Shown here piece by piece: positions 13,601 through 28,600 of a DNA stretch of 64,000 bases. The translations under genes and the position numbers were made by a program. The stretch comes from Lingula anatina (taxonomy: Eukaryota; Animalia; Brachiopoda). The first letter of the stretch is position 1. Each line of letters opens with the position of its first letter. Location: NCBI GenBank assembly GCA_051362555.1, contig CM120640.1, forward strand, positions 16,988,001-17,052,000. Direction: 5' to 3'. The notes under the pieces were generated by a model that was not told where the DNA came from, did no database searches, and was given only the letters and a program-made list of their open reading frames with translations.

Positions 13601-16600
13601 CCTTCAAGATTCAGATTGTTCAGCGCCAATATGTTGATTGTATAATTACTGTAGGGAATAAGCTTATCTATGATGATTTCTTTTGATACGGGTACGTCTG
13701 TGATTTCTGTGCTGTTACTATCCCCATACTCCCCTTCGTAGCTTAGCTTCAGTTTCGCGAATGCATCGCACCGGTGAACCTCTTCGGTCATTCCCTGCAA
13801 TACAGTAAATCTAACAACATGTATATCTTTGTCATTGGTTTTAGTACTTAAGTTTAAGTTTTAAGAATTTTTTGTATTAAATTACGATATGTTATGACTT
13901 CAGCACATTTGCTTCGATAGGGTTAGATTTCATCATGAGTTGCTGAATAGTTCGGGAATATCCACTCCGAGTTTTTTTAATTGAACCTTTATTATTCCTA
14001 TAGTTACATTTACATGTATATCATGACTACAATTGGTCTCCCTCCCAGGCTTCAATTATGTCCCCACTTCACCCTGCATAACGATAGAAACTTCACAAAA
14101 CCAGTAATTTTCCTTCCCTGTGACCTACTTATCACAGTAGATATTCTCCTGTGCCCCAGCCCTTTCCCCTTGGCAAAATCTTGGATATGGACGTGAAATC
14201 ATATTCTTCGCGTGCTTGCCTGCATAGTTGTTTTAAGAAACATATACAATGTCACCCACACACCTGTGTTGTTATCTTTATCTGAGCAGTGGTCTTCTGA
14301 CCTGTTACATCAGAAGCAACAGTGGGCGGCGGAACTAATGCTGGAACTAAACAAATAGCGGGTTCACTTCAATGAACATTTGTCTATTTACCTTTCTGTT
14401 TTATTCAGACCTAAAGCACCAATTTATTTAACCTTTGCGTTATCTATGAAACAATAACTTAGCATGACCATGTTCACAATGACAGAGCATCGATATTTTT
14501 TACCTCCACAAGTTCGGTTTATAACGCTCGGGCTCTTCTCGCCTTTATTCCCTTCCTCATCCACAACAGTTACAGTAAAGCTATACTTAGTGTATTCGGT
14601 GAGACGACCAATGGTCAGCGACATTGTGGACGCAGACGTGGTCTTGTTACTGCTGATGATGTGACCGTCTTTCCACGCACTGACGTTATAACTGCCCACA
14701 CTGCCTACTCCCGGGTAATTCTCAGGGGACCAACTGTCCCAGGCTAGGGTGACAGAATGAACTGTTCTCGAGGAAACCGTGGGCGCACGTGTTAGGCGCG
14801 GTCTTTCTGATAAAAAATTAAAATATATCTGAATATTCTGCGAAAATCTGCTGTGTTGTTACAGTTACAACCATATCTACATTCTGGTACAAACTTCCAA
14901 TGCTTACAATCTGAAATAGTAAAAGCTTACGTGTTCTATACATTCAGGCGGTTTTAAGTAATATCATGGTCACAAACTGCAAATTAATATTTGTTAGGTT
15001 AAAAAAGTACAGCTATATAAATAAAATCAAGCATATTTTTTCTCGACGGAACATTTGATGTATGATATGATCATGCTTTTAAGTCCGTCGATTAATAATA
15101 TCAGCGATTTTAGGGATGCATGTTTGCAAGTTATGTAGGTCGATTAACCCAGGGTGGTCGTTTAAGACCCCAGGCGCATATCTGTTATACGTTATTTTTA
15201 TACGTTATTTTTCCATAAAATCACACATTTTTTCAACTTTCAGGAGATACGTTTGCAGCTTTTGTATCGTTTCTAGTTATCTTTCTAGAATTAAAATAGT
15301 GCTGGGATCGGATCGTAAACGACCCCACCAGATTTCTGCTATTTAGCCATGATGCACATAGTATTTTAATTCGCAAATTCCACTCAAATTATTTCAATAT
15401 TAAAATTAGATTAAAGTATGATAAACAAATACAAGGCAACTAAATGCTTGAGAAAAGAAAGATCCAAATAATCTTAGAAGGGAATAGTGCCTCTGATTAG
15501 AGTGGTTTGTGTGCATCAGACTGATGATGAAGAAGAAGACCACAAATTCGAAGCACCAGGCACTTGATAAACAAGTAATGATGCGAGTGATGATGGTCCA
15601 GAGGGTGAACATCAAAAAGGGCAGCGACATCTTGTAACCAAAAACTAAAATGGTGTTTCAAGAGGCTGCATAAGGGGCTGTGACAGAGGACGTGGACAAC
15701 GTGTGAAGAATTACCTCAGTCGCTCAGCTAGAATTTATCAAATACAAGTCCACGCCAATGACTTTGTGGTAAAAATGAACTGTTTGGAGTAAGGTCCACC
15801 TAGCACAGGAAAGAAACTAAATTAAGATAATTTTAATTAAAATTGTATTTTTGTAGGAAATGATTTGTTTTAGTGGTGGTAATACCTTTTTGATAATGCA
15901 TCAACGTTTTGTTTTTAGGAAATAGTCTTAGTTTGTGTCTGCACATTTTGACCTTAAAGACAGTCTCAGCGCGTTAAACCCTTAAAATAGCAAGAAAATG
16001 AATTTTCCTGGAAAACTCACCAATTTCCCCATAATGACCAAGGTATATCCTATCCAAAACCGTTCAGAAAATGAAGCTACCTAATACCGTTTTTAAGTTC
16101 CATTAAATAATAAAAGACGACTCGTCTTAAATACTCAGCTACCACCTCACAGTACGGCTTCAGAACGCGCAATTTCTCGCTAAGTCTCGCGGTTTACTAT
16201 GAATGAAGTACTACGGCTGAGACCCGGATGTTACTATTTGGCGCCAAAACAGCAAACATGGCTCAGACGCGCGTCAAGTCTGAACAGGAGAGCGACAAAA
16301 GGGGGCGAAAGAAAATAGCCACTCCAGTTCGAAAGATACGAAAGAAAATTAGAGACAGACGAAGAAGCACTCAGACTGTGTATGTTGGGATGGAGGTGGG
16401 GCGGTGGAGGACACTTAAAGCTGAGTTAGGACTCACATACGAGGCAATGGCGAAACTACTCCTCGACACGTGAGTATGCGCTTCACAGGTCTCAAGTGTG
16501 TCTGATTATCATATTATCCTGTTCACAATAAATGACAATATTTGTGCTCATACAAAGTTGGTTACGTGTATAAGAGCGTTTTGGGCTTTACGTTTTCTGT

Positions 16601-19600
16601 TTTTGATCGGTACATGTACCGAAAACAGGGGCGGATTTAGGGCGTCTTCTGGGTCTTCCGGAAGACGGTCAGATTTTCAAGTTTACATTGACGGCCCTGG
16701 AAAAGATGGACAGGCGGCACTTACATGTCTGACAAGTTTCGCTGTGTAGTCGTGACGTCTATCTCATGCTGACTGAAGCCTGCTGTGATTGGTCGTAAGC
16801 GTGGGAAAATCGAGGTCGTGACCTTGAGCCGGAAGTACTTCTGGCTGTGCTCCGAAATCATGATAAATAGTTTTCGTTTTCTAATTCTTTATTCTAGTTG
16901 TCTTAACAGGACTTTTGTGACCCAGACTTATTCATATAATAATAAACAATCTCCTAAAACACAAATCTGATCAAAGTTTTACATAGAACCTGCTTCTATA
17001 CATTAATCTAACCCACTGAGTTGTCCTTTAAGTACTTGACCAAGGCAAGGTGATAACAGATGTCCAGGGTTATGAGATGTCTTAGCTGCTGTGTATCTAG
17101 GCACACACGTTTATATTTTATGAAAGATGTTTTGGGAACTATTTCTATCGAGCTGAATCAGTGAGAAGCCATTCAGCTCTTTAGCTGCGGAGATATTTAC
17201 CCGCAGTTTTAGCAGCTACACTGTATTATTACTTACGTTTCTTTATTTTTATTTGTTCACTCTCCGCCATCTCCTACCACCTGCTTTCATCCTTGTATTG
17301 CCTTTGTTTTTCATTTGTGTAAACTTTTTGCTTCAATAGTTGTTATTGTGTAATATTTTTTTCTTAATAAATCTTGGTGACACTCATTACTTAAATTTTT
17401 ATTTTTTTCATTTGTAGCCTTTTACTTTCATTTGTGCCAACTTTTTGCTCCTATAGCTGTTGTGATTTCTCATATTTTTCTTAATTAAGCCTGGTTACAC
17501 TCATTAACATACTTTATTATTTTTATATTATGGCACTTATATAGTTTGGGGGATGTTCTATTATCTCCCCAATTTTGTAACTTTGTATCTTATTAGTTTT
17601 CGTCATACATAAATGACAATTTTCAGTCATATGGACTTATTTCACTTATTTTGGAGCAAAAACAGAGCTTCGTTGTGCTCGTGAACATTTGGCTACGTAA
17701 AACACAATATTTTCTGTGGCAAGCTGGCTGTTCCAACAGCCACTCGGCATCATTAAGCAAAAGCTTTGTCATATTCTCCCCGGATATGATGCCATCTTTA
17801 TGAATGTCTATATCAGTAAGACAAAAATCCAGTCGCTACCACTATTCCTCTAAATAACTACTCTTTACTAAAAACCAGCTATAGTGATGACATTAATTCC
17901 ATACAGATATTCTCACTAGACACAAGAATAATGTGCACAGAATTCGACCGATTCATATCTGTGAATAATTTAAAAAAAATATGTGACCCTTGTAAAGGTT
18001 GTACAAAGTGATCAGTTTGTCCAATTCACTGTGAACACTTGTTTGCATTATCAGTGCTGCATCTTAAACCATCAAATCGTCAGTAACAAGGTGATCTTAG
18101 AGCAACTTCACAAAAAAATGTGTCCGTCATAAAACTGATATCAGTGACACGGCCTTTTACATGGCCTTTTTGTCCCGCAGTGCAATACCTTTGAGATAAC
18201 ATCTTTTTCTGATATTTTACTTTAAAATGTTTAAAAAATGATATTTAATCAAAATTTGGGAAGGAAAACTAGGGTAACTGTCATCATTTAAAATCTGCTC
18301 TCCTCTTCCTGCTTAAATGTATTTATTTATTTTATTTTTGAAAAAATATTGTGTTATTGAGTCCGTTTTATCAATTAATAGTGTCTGATAGGATGCCCAG
18401 TGCTAGTTTTGTTTAGATATATCATCAGAACAAGGGGTGGAAACAAAGACGTTTTTAATTTGGAAAAAGCATGTATTATTTCTTTAAGCTAATTTAAGTT
18501 CTAAAAATATCTAGATAAGTACAGAATAGTATTGTAGCTCTTCAGCAATGTTTATTATACACCCAAACTCAATATAGAGGTGCAAATGAGGTCACAGGAA
18601 TGCTCTTAAAATATTTAGTACATAGATTGCAAATTATGTTTTATTATTTTAGGGTCCCCATGAAGAAGTTTAAATCCAAGTTTCACTCTCCTGGAACCAT
18701 GCATAAAAAAAAATATTCTTCTAACCCCAGAATAGGAACATACTTTACTGTAACAAATGCAAAACGACCAGCTGTGGAAAATTCAGTCAACGATGGTTTT
18801 GTTCTTCATCTTCTACAAGTATAGCGTTGTAAAAATATGATAATCTTCTGTATATAGCAGTTCATTGTTTTTGAGCGACTTTAGTTTGACTGTCACTTAA
18901 TATTTAAAAATGGGGGAAAATACACCCTACTGACAGTAAAAAAAGCATTAAATAAACTATTTTCCATTCTTGGTCCAAATATTGTATCAGAAATGTCCAA
19001 CTATCATGGAATAACAAAATATTTTCGGTCAGCAACAGAAAACCCCGTTTCCTATTGCACCAACTTCTTACTTGGGTACATGTAAGACGAAACTATCTAA
19101 CCTTTTTTCTTAGGAACATACGTTATATAGTACTAACCATGGCGGAAAGCTCCTTGAGGTACAGTTTAAATATTTATAAAAAACATCCTAACGTCAAGTT
19201 TAATTTACCATCACTAAAATATACATCAGATCGCAGTATTAAGATTAAAATTAAATGATCCGGAACATACGTTACAATTTAGGGTTCTTACATAATAAAA
19301 GGCATGGCAAAAATTAAAAATTAAATGAAAATTGAGAGAGTTGTGAATTTTTGTTCTATACACATATATGTTTTAAAATATTGAATACAACTTTGAATTC
19401 ATTCAATTAAATTTTCTGGACACTTCAGCATGTGAAATGCACTTCTATATTGGGTGTTTAGGTGTATAATGAAATTTGGTTCACCAAAAAACTTCTGTAA
19501 GTACCAAAAAGTGCTTCTGTAAGTACCAAAATATTTCATTAATAATGCCATGGGGTTGTAAACGACCACAACCTGTATAGTAGGAATATGTTGCAAAATG

Positions 19601-22600
19601 CGCCGGAATGATTGTTTACCTTGGTATTTATATCCTTTCACCATCACCTCACAGAGAGTTAATTCCTTTACGGGGTTGTTATTCAGACTGATCCTCACAA
19701 ACTGGCCCACTACAGGTGCAGGGTTACAGGGCAGTTCAACGGTGCCACTTGGCGGTAAGTGTTCAACTCGACTGGCACAATGGTTAGATGTGTTGTTTAG
19801 AAACACCACGTTGATTTCAATATTCTTCAAGTTATAACCGCCTGTCAGATATAATAAAACAATTAAACACACACACACACACACACACACACAATCAAAA
19901 AGGTTATCCCTTTATTCCAATGAACTTTTGTTCAAAATTGATCCCATGGCAGCTGTAATTTATTTTCAATTAGCATTACTATATCTAACATGACTTAAGG
20001 CACAGAAAAGCCAAAATATGTGCCAAGATATCAATATTTCATACCATTTAAGAATATGCGCTCTCTCAAATAAAATGTTCCACAATGATTTTCATAAAAA
20101 TTGATAGACACCGCCAAATGTTATCAGATGCCTACAAAGCTAGCGGTAGAAAGTGTTCTTTAAATTTAACGCGTGTAATCACGTGCCTGCCTTCCGCAAT
20201 TATTCCATGTAGGCGGCGCGGCATGCCCCAACGAGGATCACAAGTCTGTGATGTTGGATACTGTCCCATTCCACCTAAATAACTTGACGGAGTTTTTCCA
20301 GATTATTAAGGAGTTGATTCTTCACTCCTCGCACACACACTCCGATTCATCCCTCAGGTTCTCATAAGTGTTTCAAAATATTAAAATGTTAGGACTCTAT
20401 ACTAAGATGGTTGTTCTTAATCTATCCCCAAAAAATTCGTTTCTGCAACAAATCAATGACCAGACGAAAACTGTGAAAAAATGCGTTGTCATGTGATCAT
20501 ATTGGAGGGGTGCATGTTCTTTGTTTGAATAAATGATATGAAATGTTGATATCTTCGCCATTTTTAACGTAGCTATACCTTTTGTTGGATAAGATACCTC
20601 GAATAAAAATACTATTTTAAAAGATATGCAGCTGCCATGTGATCCTTTGTAAACAAAAACACCTGGAAATGTAGATGGGACAACTATTTTGTTCAATTAG
20701 TGGATAAGGTAAATTATATTGTATTTTCTAAATCGCCAATCACCCAAAAGTATCATCATTACAATCATCATTAACACAAAAGTGGTTGGTAGACATTACC
20801 AATCACGTAATAAATAACAAAACAATTACTTGGGCCTGCCCTGTTCACCAATGTCACGGAGTAGATGGAGTAACTGTCGCCTAAATCAACTTTCCACCAT
20901 GGATTGGGTTCAGGCCGTGTATGTGAGCAACTGCCACCACTGAATTCCCTGTTTGTATTGCCATCTACGGCGTATTCAGGTAGAACCCCAGGGGTGTGAA
21001 CAATAGCACTAGATTGACTAGCAGTCTTACCACAGGCTATGTTATCTGAAATGATATATCTCTCAAAATAGTTAAAAGTAAATCTTCATCTCAAGTAACT
21101 ATTGCTGCTTAATTTAAAAGTAACCAATGCACTTCATGACACATTCATCTGTTATTCATATCAAAGATGTGACCGCGACTATCCACGATAATTGCTACAA
21201 ATCGATGCAGACAATTAAAAAAGTATCACTGTTACAGCCAAACGTATACTTCTTGTTGTTTGGCATGAACAACTGATGGTACCTATGATTATATTTTGAT
21301 GATATCAATTAAGTGAAAAAAAATTAAGTGAATGTCGCATTGGCAGTTATGTGAAAGTATGAAGTATATCTTACATGGATATATGTATCCTCGGACAATG
21401 ACCTCGCACAGCTGCAAAGACTGGAATCCTGATTTTGAGAGCTTGACATAGCGGACAGGGGCTAGAGGATCCACCAGCTGCTCGAAAGAACAAGTGTTTG
21501 GCATTTGTATGTTCCCTTGTTGAGTTGTATCATTCCCAATGTACATGCTGATAGCTGCGTTTGCTTGGCCTTAAAAACAAGAATGGCACTCTTCTTTATA
21601 CCAGTATATGTTTTTAACAAGGTCCTACAATTAATCATGATACATGTACCTGTAAGACTGAATGTTGTAATGTAGCAGGTAGAGTGACAGACAAAAAATA
21701 GGCGGATCCGGATATATTCAAATTATAAACTAGCTGCCCTGTCCAATCACAGATTTCTGTCAACCACATGTCATGCGAGGGCTTATACATTGTATTTGTA
21801 ATGCAACAAGCAATTTTTTCGCGATAAGAGCTGACATTATACATTCTGTTTACATTTCAAATTAAGCAATTATTATGACTGTTAGCTAAACAGAAATGCT
21901 CTCATACATACAGTTTTTTGGCCTGATAACCGCCACAGAGCGAATGACGTAGAGACCTCCCAGATCCACCTGCCACCACGGGTTATTTTCTTCGTTTGTT
22001 GTTGCGCAATTAGGGACATCAGTGCTGTTGTTTCCGTCTACCGCGAATGATGGTGGGTGATCGCCCTCAATACTTAATTGTGCTGCAGGTTTTCCAAAGG
22101 CTAGATTGTATTTTTCTGAAGAAATCCCATCCAACTTTCACAACTAAGCATATTTAATTATTATAAAACCAAAACATCTCTGACATGAACGATCTCTCAG
22201 TCGGTTGATCTAATCATTTTGATAAGATAAAAAGTAAAAGTAAGCACACATGAAATGTTTACTGTATGCTTGGTTGGTATATATGGAAGCGTGTAAGGGC
22301 CACAACACCAACGAAACTCACAACACCACAAACAAAACTCACAACACCAAAAACAAAACTCACAACACCACAAACAAAACTCACAACACCAAAAACAAAA
22401 CTCACAACACTATACAAACAAAACTCACAACACCAAAAACAAAACTCACAACACCAAACAAAACTCACAACACCAAACAACTCACAACACCAAAAACAAA
22501 ACTCACAACACCAAAAACAAAACTCACAACACCAAACAAAGAGCGCTTTAAACAAACCTGAGTATCATGTATACCGTATCATGTCTGCACTATATGACCA

Positions 22601-25600
22601 CTCAAACCTGACCCACTTCAGTGGCCATTAAAGAATAATCAATCAATTGTCAAGCCTACACATTAAAGAGCAGAGGCAGCTCCAACCCTTCAAGATGTTA
22701 AGTTTGTGTCTTACTTTTTTAACACAATAAAGCTTTTAATTGGGATTTCAGATTCAGATGTGCGGCTGTTGGGGCACAGGGTTTATAAAAATAAAGCTCA
22801 CCAGTAATGTAAGGTATGGTGCTTGTAGAAATAATAACGTAACTTAGAACAATTTAAGAGTCAACTGTCAATTTCTGAATCTATGTGTGAGATAATACAC
22901 TGTCACCCGAGCGATATATGCCATAACACCTCGAGCGTCAGCGAGAGGTGTTCATGGCATATATCGCGAGAGGGTGACAGTGTATTATTTGACATACATA
23001 CCGAGAAAAATTACAGTCATTTCATCCTAAAACACCCCTAAAACCGAATAAAGTGACCCTATATCACGCTCTAGAGATGTTATACGGAATAAACTCGTCC
23101 ACGTGCGCTGGTCACCTCCCGCCAAATTCTTACGTAATGTCTGACCAATTTGGTCAATTTTTGCTAAATACTTGTCGTGGTCGTTCATTTGCTTGAAAAG
23201 AATTTAATCAACCGTCTCAGCTGAGCCACACCTAGCTGGGACTGTTGCAGAAAAAGGTCCCAAGGCAAAACCTCTACTTTTTAGTGACATTTCTGATAAA
23301 AAAAAAGGAGCGTCGGACCGGAATATAGTCAAACTAATTTTTCACAAGTGCAAAGGAGAAAGAAATTTACTTTTTGGTGATATTTCTGACAACGAGGCAG
23401 TTTTGGAATATAGTCTAAGTCGACGGATGTTTATTACAAGTTCACGGGAGTAATAATTCTAGTTTTTTAATGTTATTTCTGACGACGAGGCAGTTCCGGA
23501 GTATAGTCAAAATCGAACGATGTTTATTACAAGTTCATGGGAGTAATAATTCTAGTTTTATTGTTATCACTGACGACGAGGCGGTTACGGAATATAGTCA
23601 AAATCAAACAGATGTTTATTTCAAGTCCACAGGAGTAATAATTCTACGTTTTGGTGACTTTTTTTGCTACGAGGTGGTTTCGGAATATACATGTGCTGGT
23701 TTTCAGAGCATTCATGTAATTACAAGTTCAAAGGGGGAATACATTTGATTTTTACCGATATATCTGATAAAGAGGAAGAATGAACAGCTTAAAAACAAAA
23801 GGTAAATAACACAACCCTCGTTAAAAAGTTTTACAGAAAAGATTTACAAATAATTTGTAGACACGTGTGGCTTGAATGTAAACTAATTCCCGTTTTCAAA
23901 CCATACCCATATGACATGACTCAGTGTAATAAAATGATAAATAATAATTGTTAAACGTGAAAAGTTTATGCAAATTTTTTCAAGAGTGTGAGAGATTTTA
24001 AATTTGTCTACTGGTAGGTATATAACGTAAGCAACGTCACTATTCTCTTGATGCCAAGAAGGTCACATGATCACTGTCTTTGGCTTTCAGCATTTAAGAC
24101 ACCTCGACTGATTTAACCTAAGATCTAATAAACGGTCCGTTTATTAGATCTTAGATTTAACCAAGATGTAGTCGTGAAATTCTAGACTACATCGAGGTTA
24201 AATCCGAGTTTTCCGAGAGACGCTACGCAAATGTCGAGTGAAGCGAGACATTTTTGGGTAGCGGCTCGAGGTTGCCCTCGATCTTCACTGAAGCTTGGCT
24301 AAATGGACAGGCTTCAGTGATCATCATATCGCCACGGTCATATAACATCCCTAGGTATGTATTCCTAAATATCAATCAATCCCAGCTACATTTGAGGATC
24401 GCCAATTATTCAAAAATCATGTTTTTCTCATAGTTCTGGCGAAGAATGCTGATTATGTGATATTCAGGCATCAGTCTCAACTACAGAAGTTGATAAACAT
24501 GACTTAAACAATTTAATATTCAGAAGCGACGTATGTTAAGATACTTCATAGTATATTACCACTTCATAGGATAAGAATTACTACTTCATGATAGAAGGCG
24601 ACTTCATTGGTTAAAAAATAAGGACCCTTAGGAGACTTCATAGTATATTACCACTTCATTTTAGTTCATTAATGGAATTTGCCAGAGAAGCAAACAAAAA
24701 CACATTGCCTATTCTATGTCATACGACAACCATTAAAAGGGATATTTTTGACCTCCATATTTTCCAAATTATTGTCTGCAAAAGAGTTAAACGCTCCACA
24801 AAGAACCCTCATGTCAGTGTCTAGTCACAGTAACGGTCGCTGTTACGCCTGACTTCTTCTGGCTGCTTCCAGCGCTCTCAAGTGGCAAGGCATTCCCTGG
24901 GATAAGTTTTTAAAGTTCAATCTGGAATAACATTCCAGGCATCGGTCAAAATCTGCCCAATTTGGTGCAATTTTGATGTAGGACATGTAGGCCATTGGTT
25001 CGGAGAGTAATGGCCTACCCACATATTGTCTAGGTGGTTCAAATATGGCGATTTTGATGACCAAGGTAGCTGCTCATTCCCCTGGTTCTGTAAGTAAACT
25101 GCTATTAAAAGTGCTCTGTGTGAACCGGCAATCTCACCGTGCAACCTAAAATTGTTCCTAAGTTGTCCCCTATCAAATAATAGCCACGTGGTTCCCAGAT
25201 TATTTCTTTATTTGATCTGGTTCAGGTTTTCGTCGATGACTACCATTGGTGTTTTGGCACCAATGTGGTATCCACTCCAAATACTGACGGTGTTAATGAT
25301 CTAAGTCACTTTAGACGCGGCACACGCTTCGTCGTTGGAATCCTCTGGATGTCTGTAAACTCTGTTTTGACTGTTGGGCGGTACAGGTGAAATCTGACCT
25401 CAATAAAAAATGCCACGAGATTCCAGTGTTCGACCCAGAAACACTCAAGGTCCCCAATTCAATAGAGAAACATACAACAATGTTTTGCTGTTTACAGTGG
25501 GTTCCTCGGAGGTCGTCTGGTATTCTAACCTGCTAAAACAAGTTTGGTGTTCGCTAAGGGCCTTGAAAAATGCGTTTTGGTGGTAATTTACCCCTCATTC

Positions 25601-28600
25601 TGAACGGACTTGGTGGTTTTTGTTTAGTTGCAACAGCATATCCCGGAAGACAGTGGGTCCTGTACCCTGGTGGTAAGATTTTAATACATTGGGTGTAGCC
25701 TCTGTGTAGGTACATCAGTCTGGGCATTACTCTGTAAAACTGTGCGGACCGTTTTGTTTGGCGCAATTACCTGTCTGGCAATGCCTGTCTTTTTCGGGCC
25801 ATTCTGCCACAGATTAACAAATTTGTATGGCATTGCAAAGCTCATTTTACACACTGCAAACCCGACCACTTGCATGCAAAATTTCAAATTCTTCTATGCA
25901 GTAGTTGCCGACATATGGATACTTTTGGACAGAACCATGCTTTGCCAAAGCCAAGCTTTGACCTGCCCAAATTAGCACTACCCAATTAAATCACTGCATA
26001 TTACATAATGCAGCAGCGCAACAAACCTGGGCCCAGTTTTATAAAGGACGTTTAGCACTAACCAGTGGATAAGCCTAACCAGTGGATAAATTCCCCTAAC
26101 ACCCATTAACTAAAAGATGGTTAAATTGTGTTTTATATACAGTCTTCTAACGGAAAACAGCCAATTAGTTAACTGGCCAGTGTTTGACTGGATTAAATAA
26201 TTATTTAAAGGTCAGTTTACTAACAGACTATTAAGGTCTGGTTAGAGTTAAACACTGGTTAGTGCTAAACGTCCTTTATAAAACTGGGCCTTGGTAATCA
26301 GTTAATTGGTAGCGACACACCTGACTACACACTCCTCCATTCACATATCCTATATGAGATCGGATTTTGTGAAACAAAAAAACGCATTTTCACGTAGGCA
26401 TACATTCGAAACTGAAATATTCCATATTAAATGTCAAGTCTGTAGTTAGGAACTTGATACTTCGGGGATTAATAAACCTATTATAGGGATTTGCAAAGGC
26501 ACTTCGGAATTTAATTGTGACGTGGGGTGTGGTCGACCCTGGGGGTGGTCTGTTCTAATTTTTACATCGTATTTTATGCTAAGAACATGAAACATGGCTA
26601 CATACCATTTTGGATGTGGAAGGACACTTCGGATTTTTTTTGTGGGGGGGGGGGGTCCTGGGGGCTGTTGAGTCTAATTGGCATTGTAATTCCTGCTATC
26701 TACTCTTAGACCAATAAAGTTGGGATTGCAAGGCTATGGGGATTGAAAAAATCTGTCTTTGGGGATGTGTATGGGTCCCTCTGGGTTTTTGTGACATTGG
26801 GTGTGGTCGTCCCTGGGGAGGTTGATTTTACATCGTTATTCGTGCTTCTGTCCTTACGCCAATACAGTTACATGAACATAAAAAATTCCGGCCTGATAAG
26901 CTTACCATGGAGGATATGCATGGGTTTACGGGAATGTTAGTATGATATTTCAGGTGTGGCTATCCCGGGGATAGGTTCGTCGATTCTATTTTCACATCGT
27001 TATTACTGCCATCTATACCCTTAAATTTTAAGGAACATGAAACGGAGATTATTGAACCAGTCATTTTTAATAAATGTGAATGGGTCCTTGAGAAATGTAG
27101 AGAACAGCAGAAGCACATACAGAACTAACTGGACTTCCAGCCGTATGCATAAATATAGGTCAGGGAATCCAAGAAGTTGTACAACTTCTTGGGGAATCCA
27201 ATTAAAACTAATTCAAGGCCCCACACACACAGGAATCCTAGCGTTTAACTGCTATTGTGTCTAAAACAAAACAAAAATGTTTATTACCCAAGAGCAGTAA
27301 TTAACATGTGTGTTTTATGTTAAAGAACAACGGAACTTGGACCCCAGGATTCCTGAGAGTATGAATCTTGAATGGGTTTTAATTAACTATCAATCTACAA
27401 GCCTGTTGATCTCGCAGATGCTAAACAACAAGTATAGGCCTACCCCCCCCCCCCCCCTCCGAACGCCTTATTAACAGGTTTCCAAATGCAGACTGTATGT
27501 GCCGCATATAATACTTTCGGGTCAAATGAGAGCCAGCCAAGGGCACATTTCGGGAACACGTTCGATCACGCCATGATGGACATTCACAGGTGTAGGACCA
27601 GAACAGAGCCTCTCGGAAACCAAGGGACAGACGTAAAGCATTACACCTGAGCGTGTCTTTCCTCATGGAAAAATTAGTCTTTTCAGAGTTGGACGCGACT
27701 TGATACATATACATGTACCTTCTCTGCTTCTTTTTGAACACTATTATCTACTTATTTATCTTCAATAATTGATTCCTATTTGTTTATTTATCCATCTTAT
27801 AATTCAGTAACCTACGCGTAAATTGTGTTTTCATAGCCTGGTTTACCTGATCCAGTAGTTTAATGTATCAAGCTTACATGGGGCCAAGTTGATTCGGAAT
27901 GATGGGACTGAGCTACCCAACCTCTACCTACCACTCCTGAGGGAGGGACAGGCAAGGGGGGGGGGGGGGATCTGACCAAATAGCACACCAGAGGGGGTGA
28001 CAGGTTGTCATACCTGTCACAACCTCATTCCCTGATGAAATCTGACTGCAAGCAGATGAAATATTGGACGGTAAGATCAGACTAATATAAATAGCTATAG
28101 TCAAAAGAATCTTCACAAGTCTATCCTATTTTAGTTTTTACCTCTAAACTAAAATATGAGAGAATATATGGTTGTTCAATCAAAGGGCCTGAAACTTGAC
28201 AATTGAATTATTTATTTCTTTAATGGCCACTGAAGTGGGTCAAGTTTGAGTGGTCATCTAGTGCAGACATGATACGCTCTTTGTTTGGTGTTGTGAGTTT
28301 TGTTTTTGGTGTTATGAGTTTTGTTTTTGGTGTTGTGGGTTTTGTTTGGTGTTGTGAGTATTGTTTTTGGTGTTGTGAGTTTTGTTTGTGGTGTTGTGAG
28401 TTTTGTTTGGTGTTGTGAGTTTTGTTAGTGGTGTTCTGGGTTTTTTTTTTTGGTGTTGTGAGTTTTGTTTGTTGTGTTGTGAGTTTTGTCTGGTGTTGTG
28501 GCCCTTCCACGCTTCCACAGGTATATGTATGCTGGGGCTAACTAATTTTTACTTCAGTCAAACAAGCTGTTTTATCCCAATAATTTACTTTTTGAATTAC

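Larger units (their letters stand above)
22284..28518. mobile_element. ~6.2-kb foldback/composite insertion in gene A intron 2, with ~350-bp minisatellite-containing TIRs
   Basis: 22284-~22650 and ~28200-28518 are inverted copies (TGGAAGCGTG.AAGGGCCACAACACC + (AAAACTCACAACACC)n + ..ACCCACTTCAGTGGCCATTAAAGAA). The orthologous intron in gene B is only ~290 bp and aligns with both flanks. Confidence 0.8.

Noticed and set aside
17990-18110. Possible relic of the missing EGF exons in gene A (..PCY*RFDGLRC..)
   Set aside because: Cys spacing does not match B's exons, stops are present and there are no matching splice sites.
22250-22631. Overlapping repetitive ORFs (THNTT.., KLTTP.., WCCEF..), also at 808-1092 and 28220-28618
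   Set aside because: Translations of an ACAAC minisatellite inside transposon ends; no coding evidence.
23275-23775. Regularly spaced repeats resembling a CRISPR array
   Set aside because: Whole units are homologous with no unique spacers, no cas genes, and the context is a eukaryotic intron.
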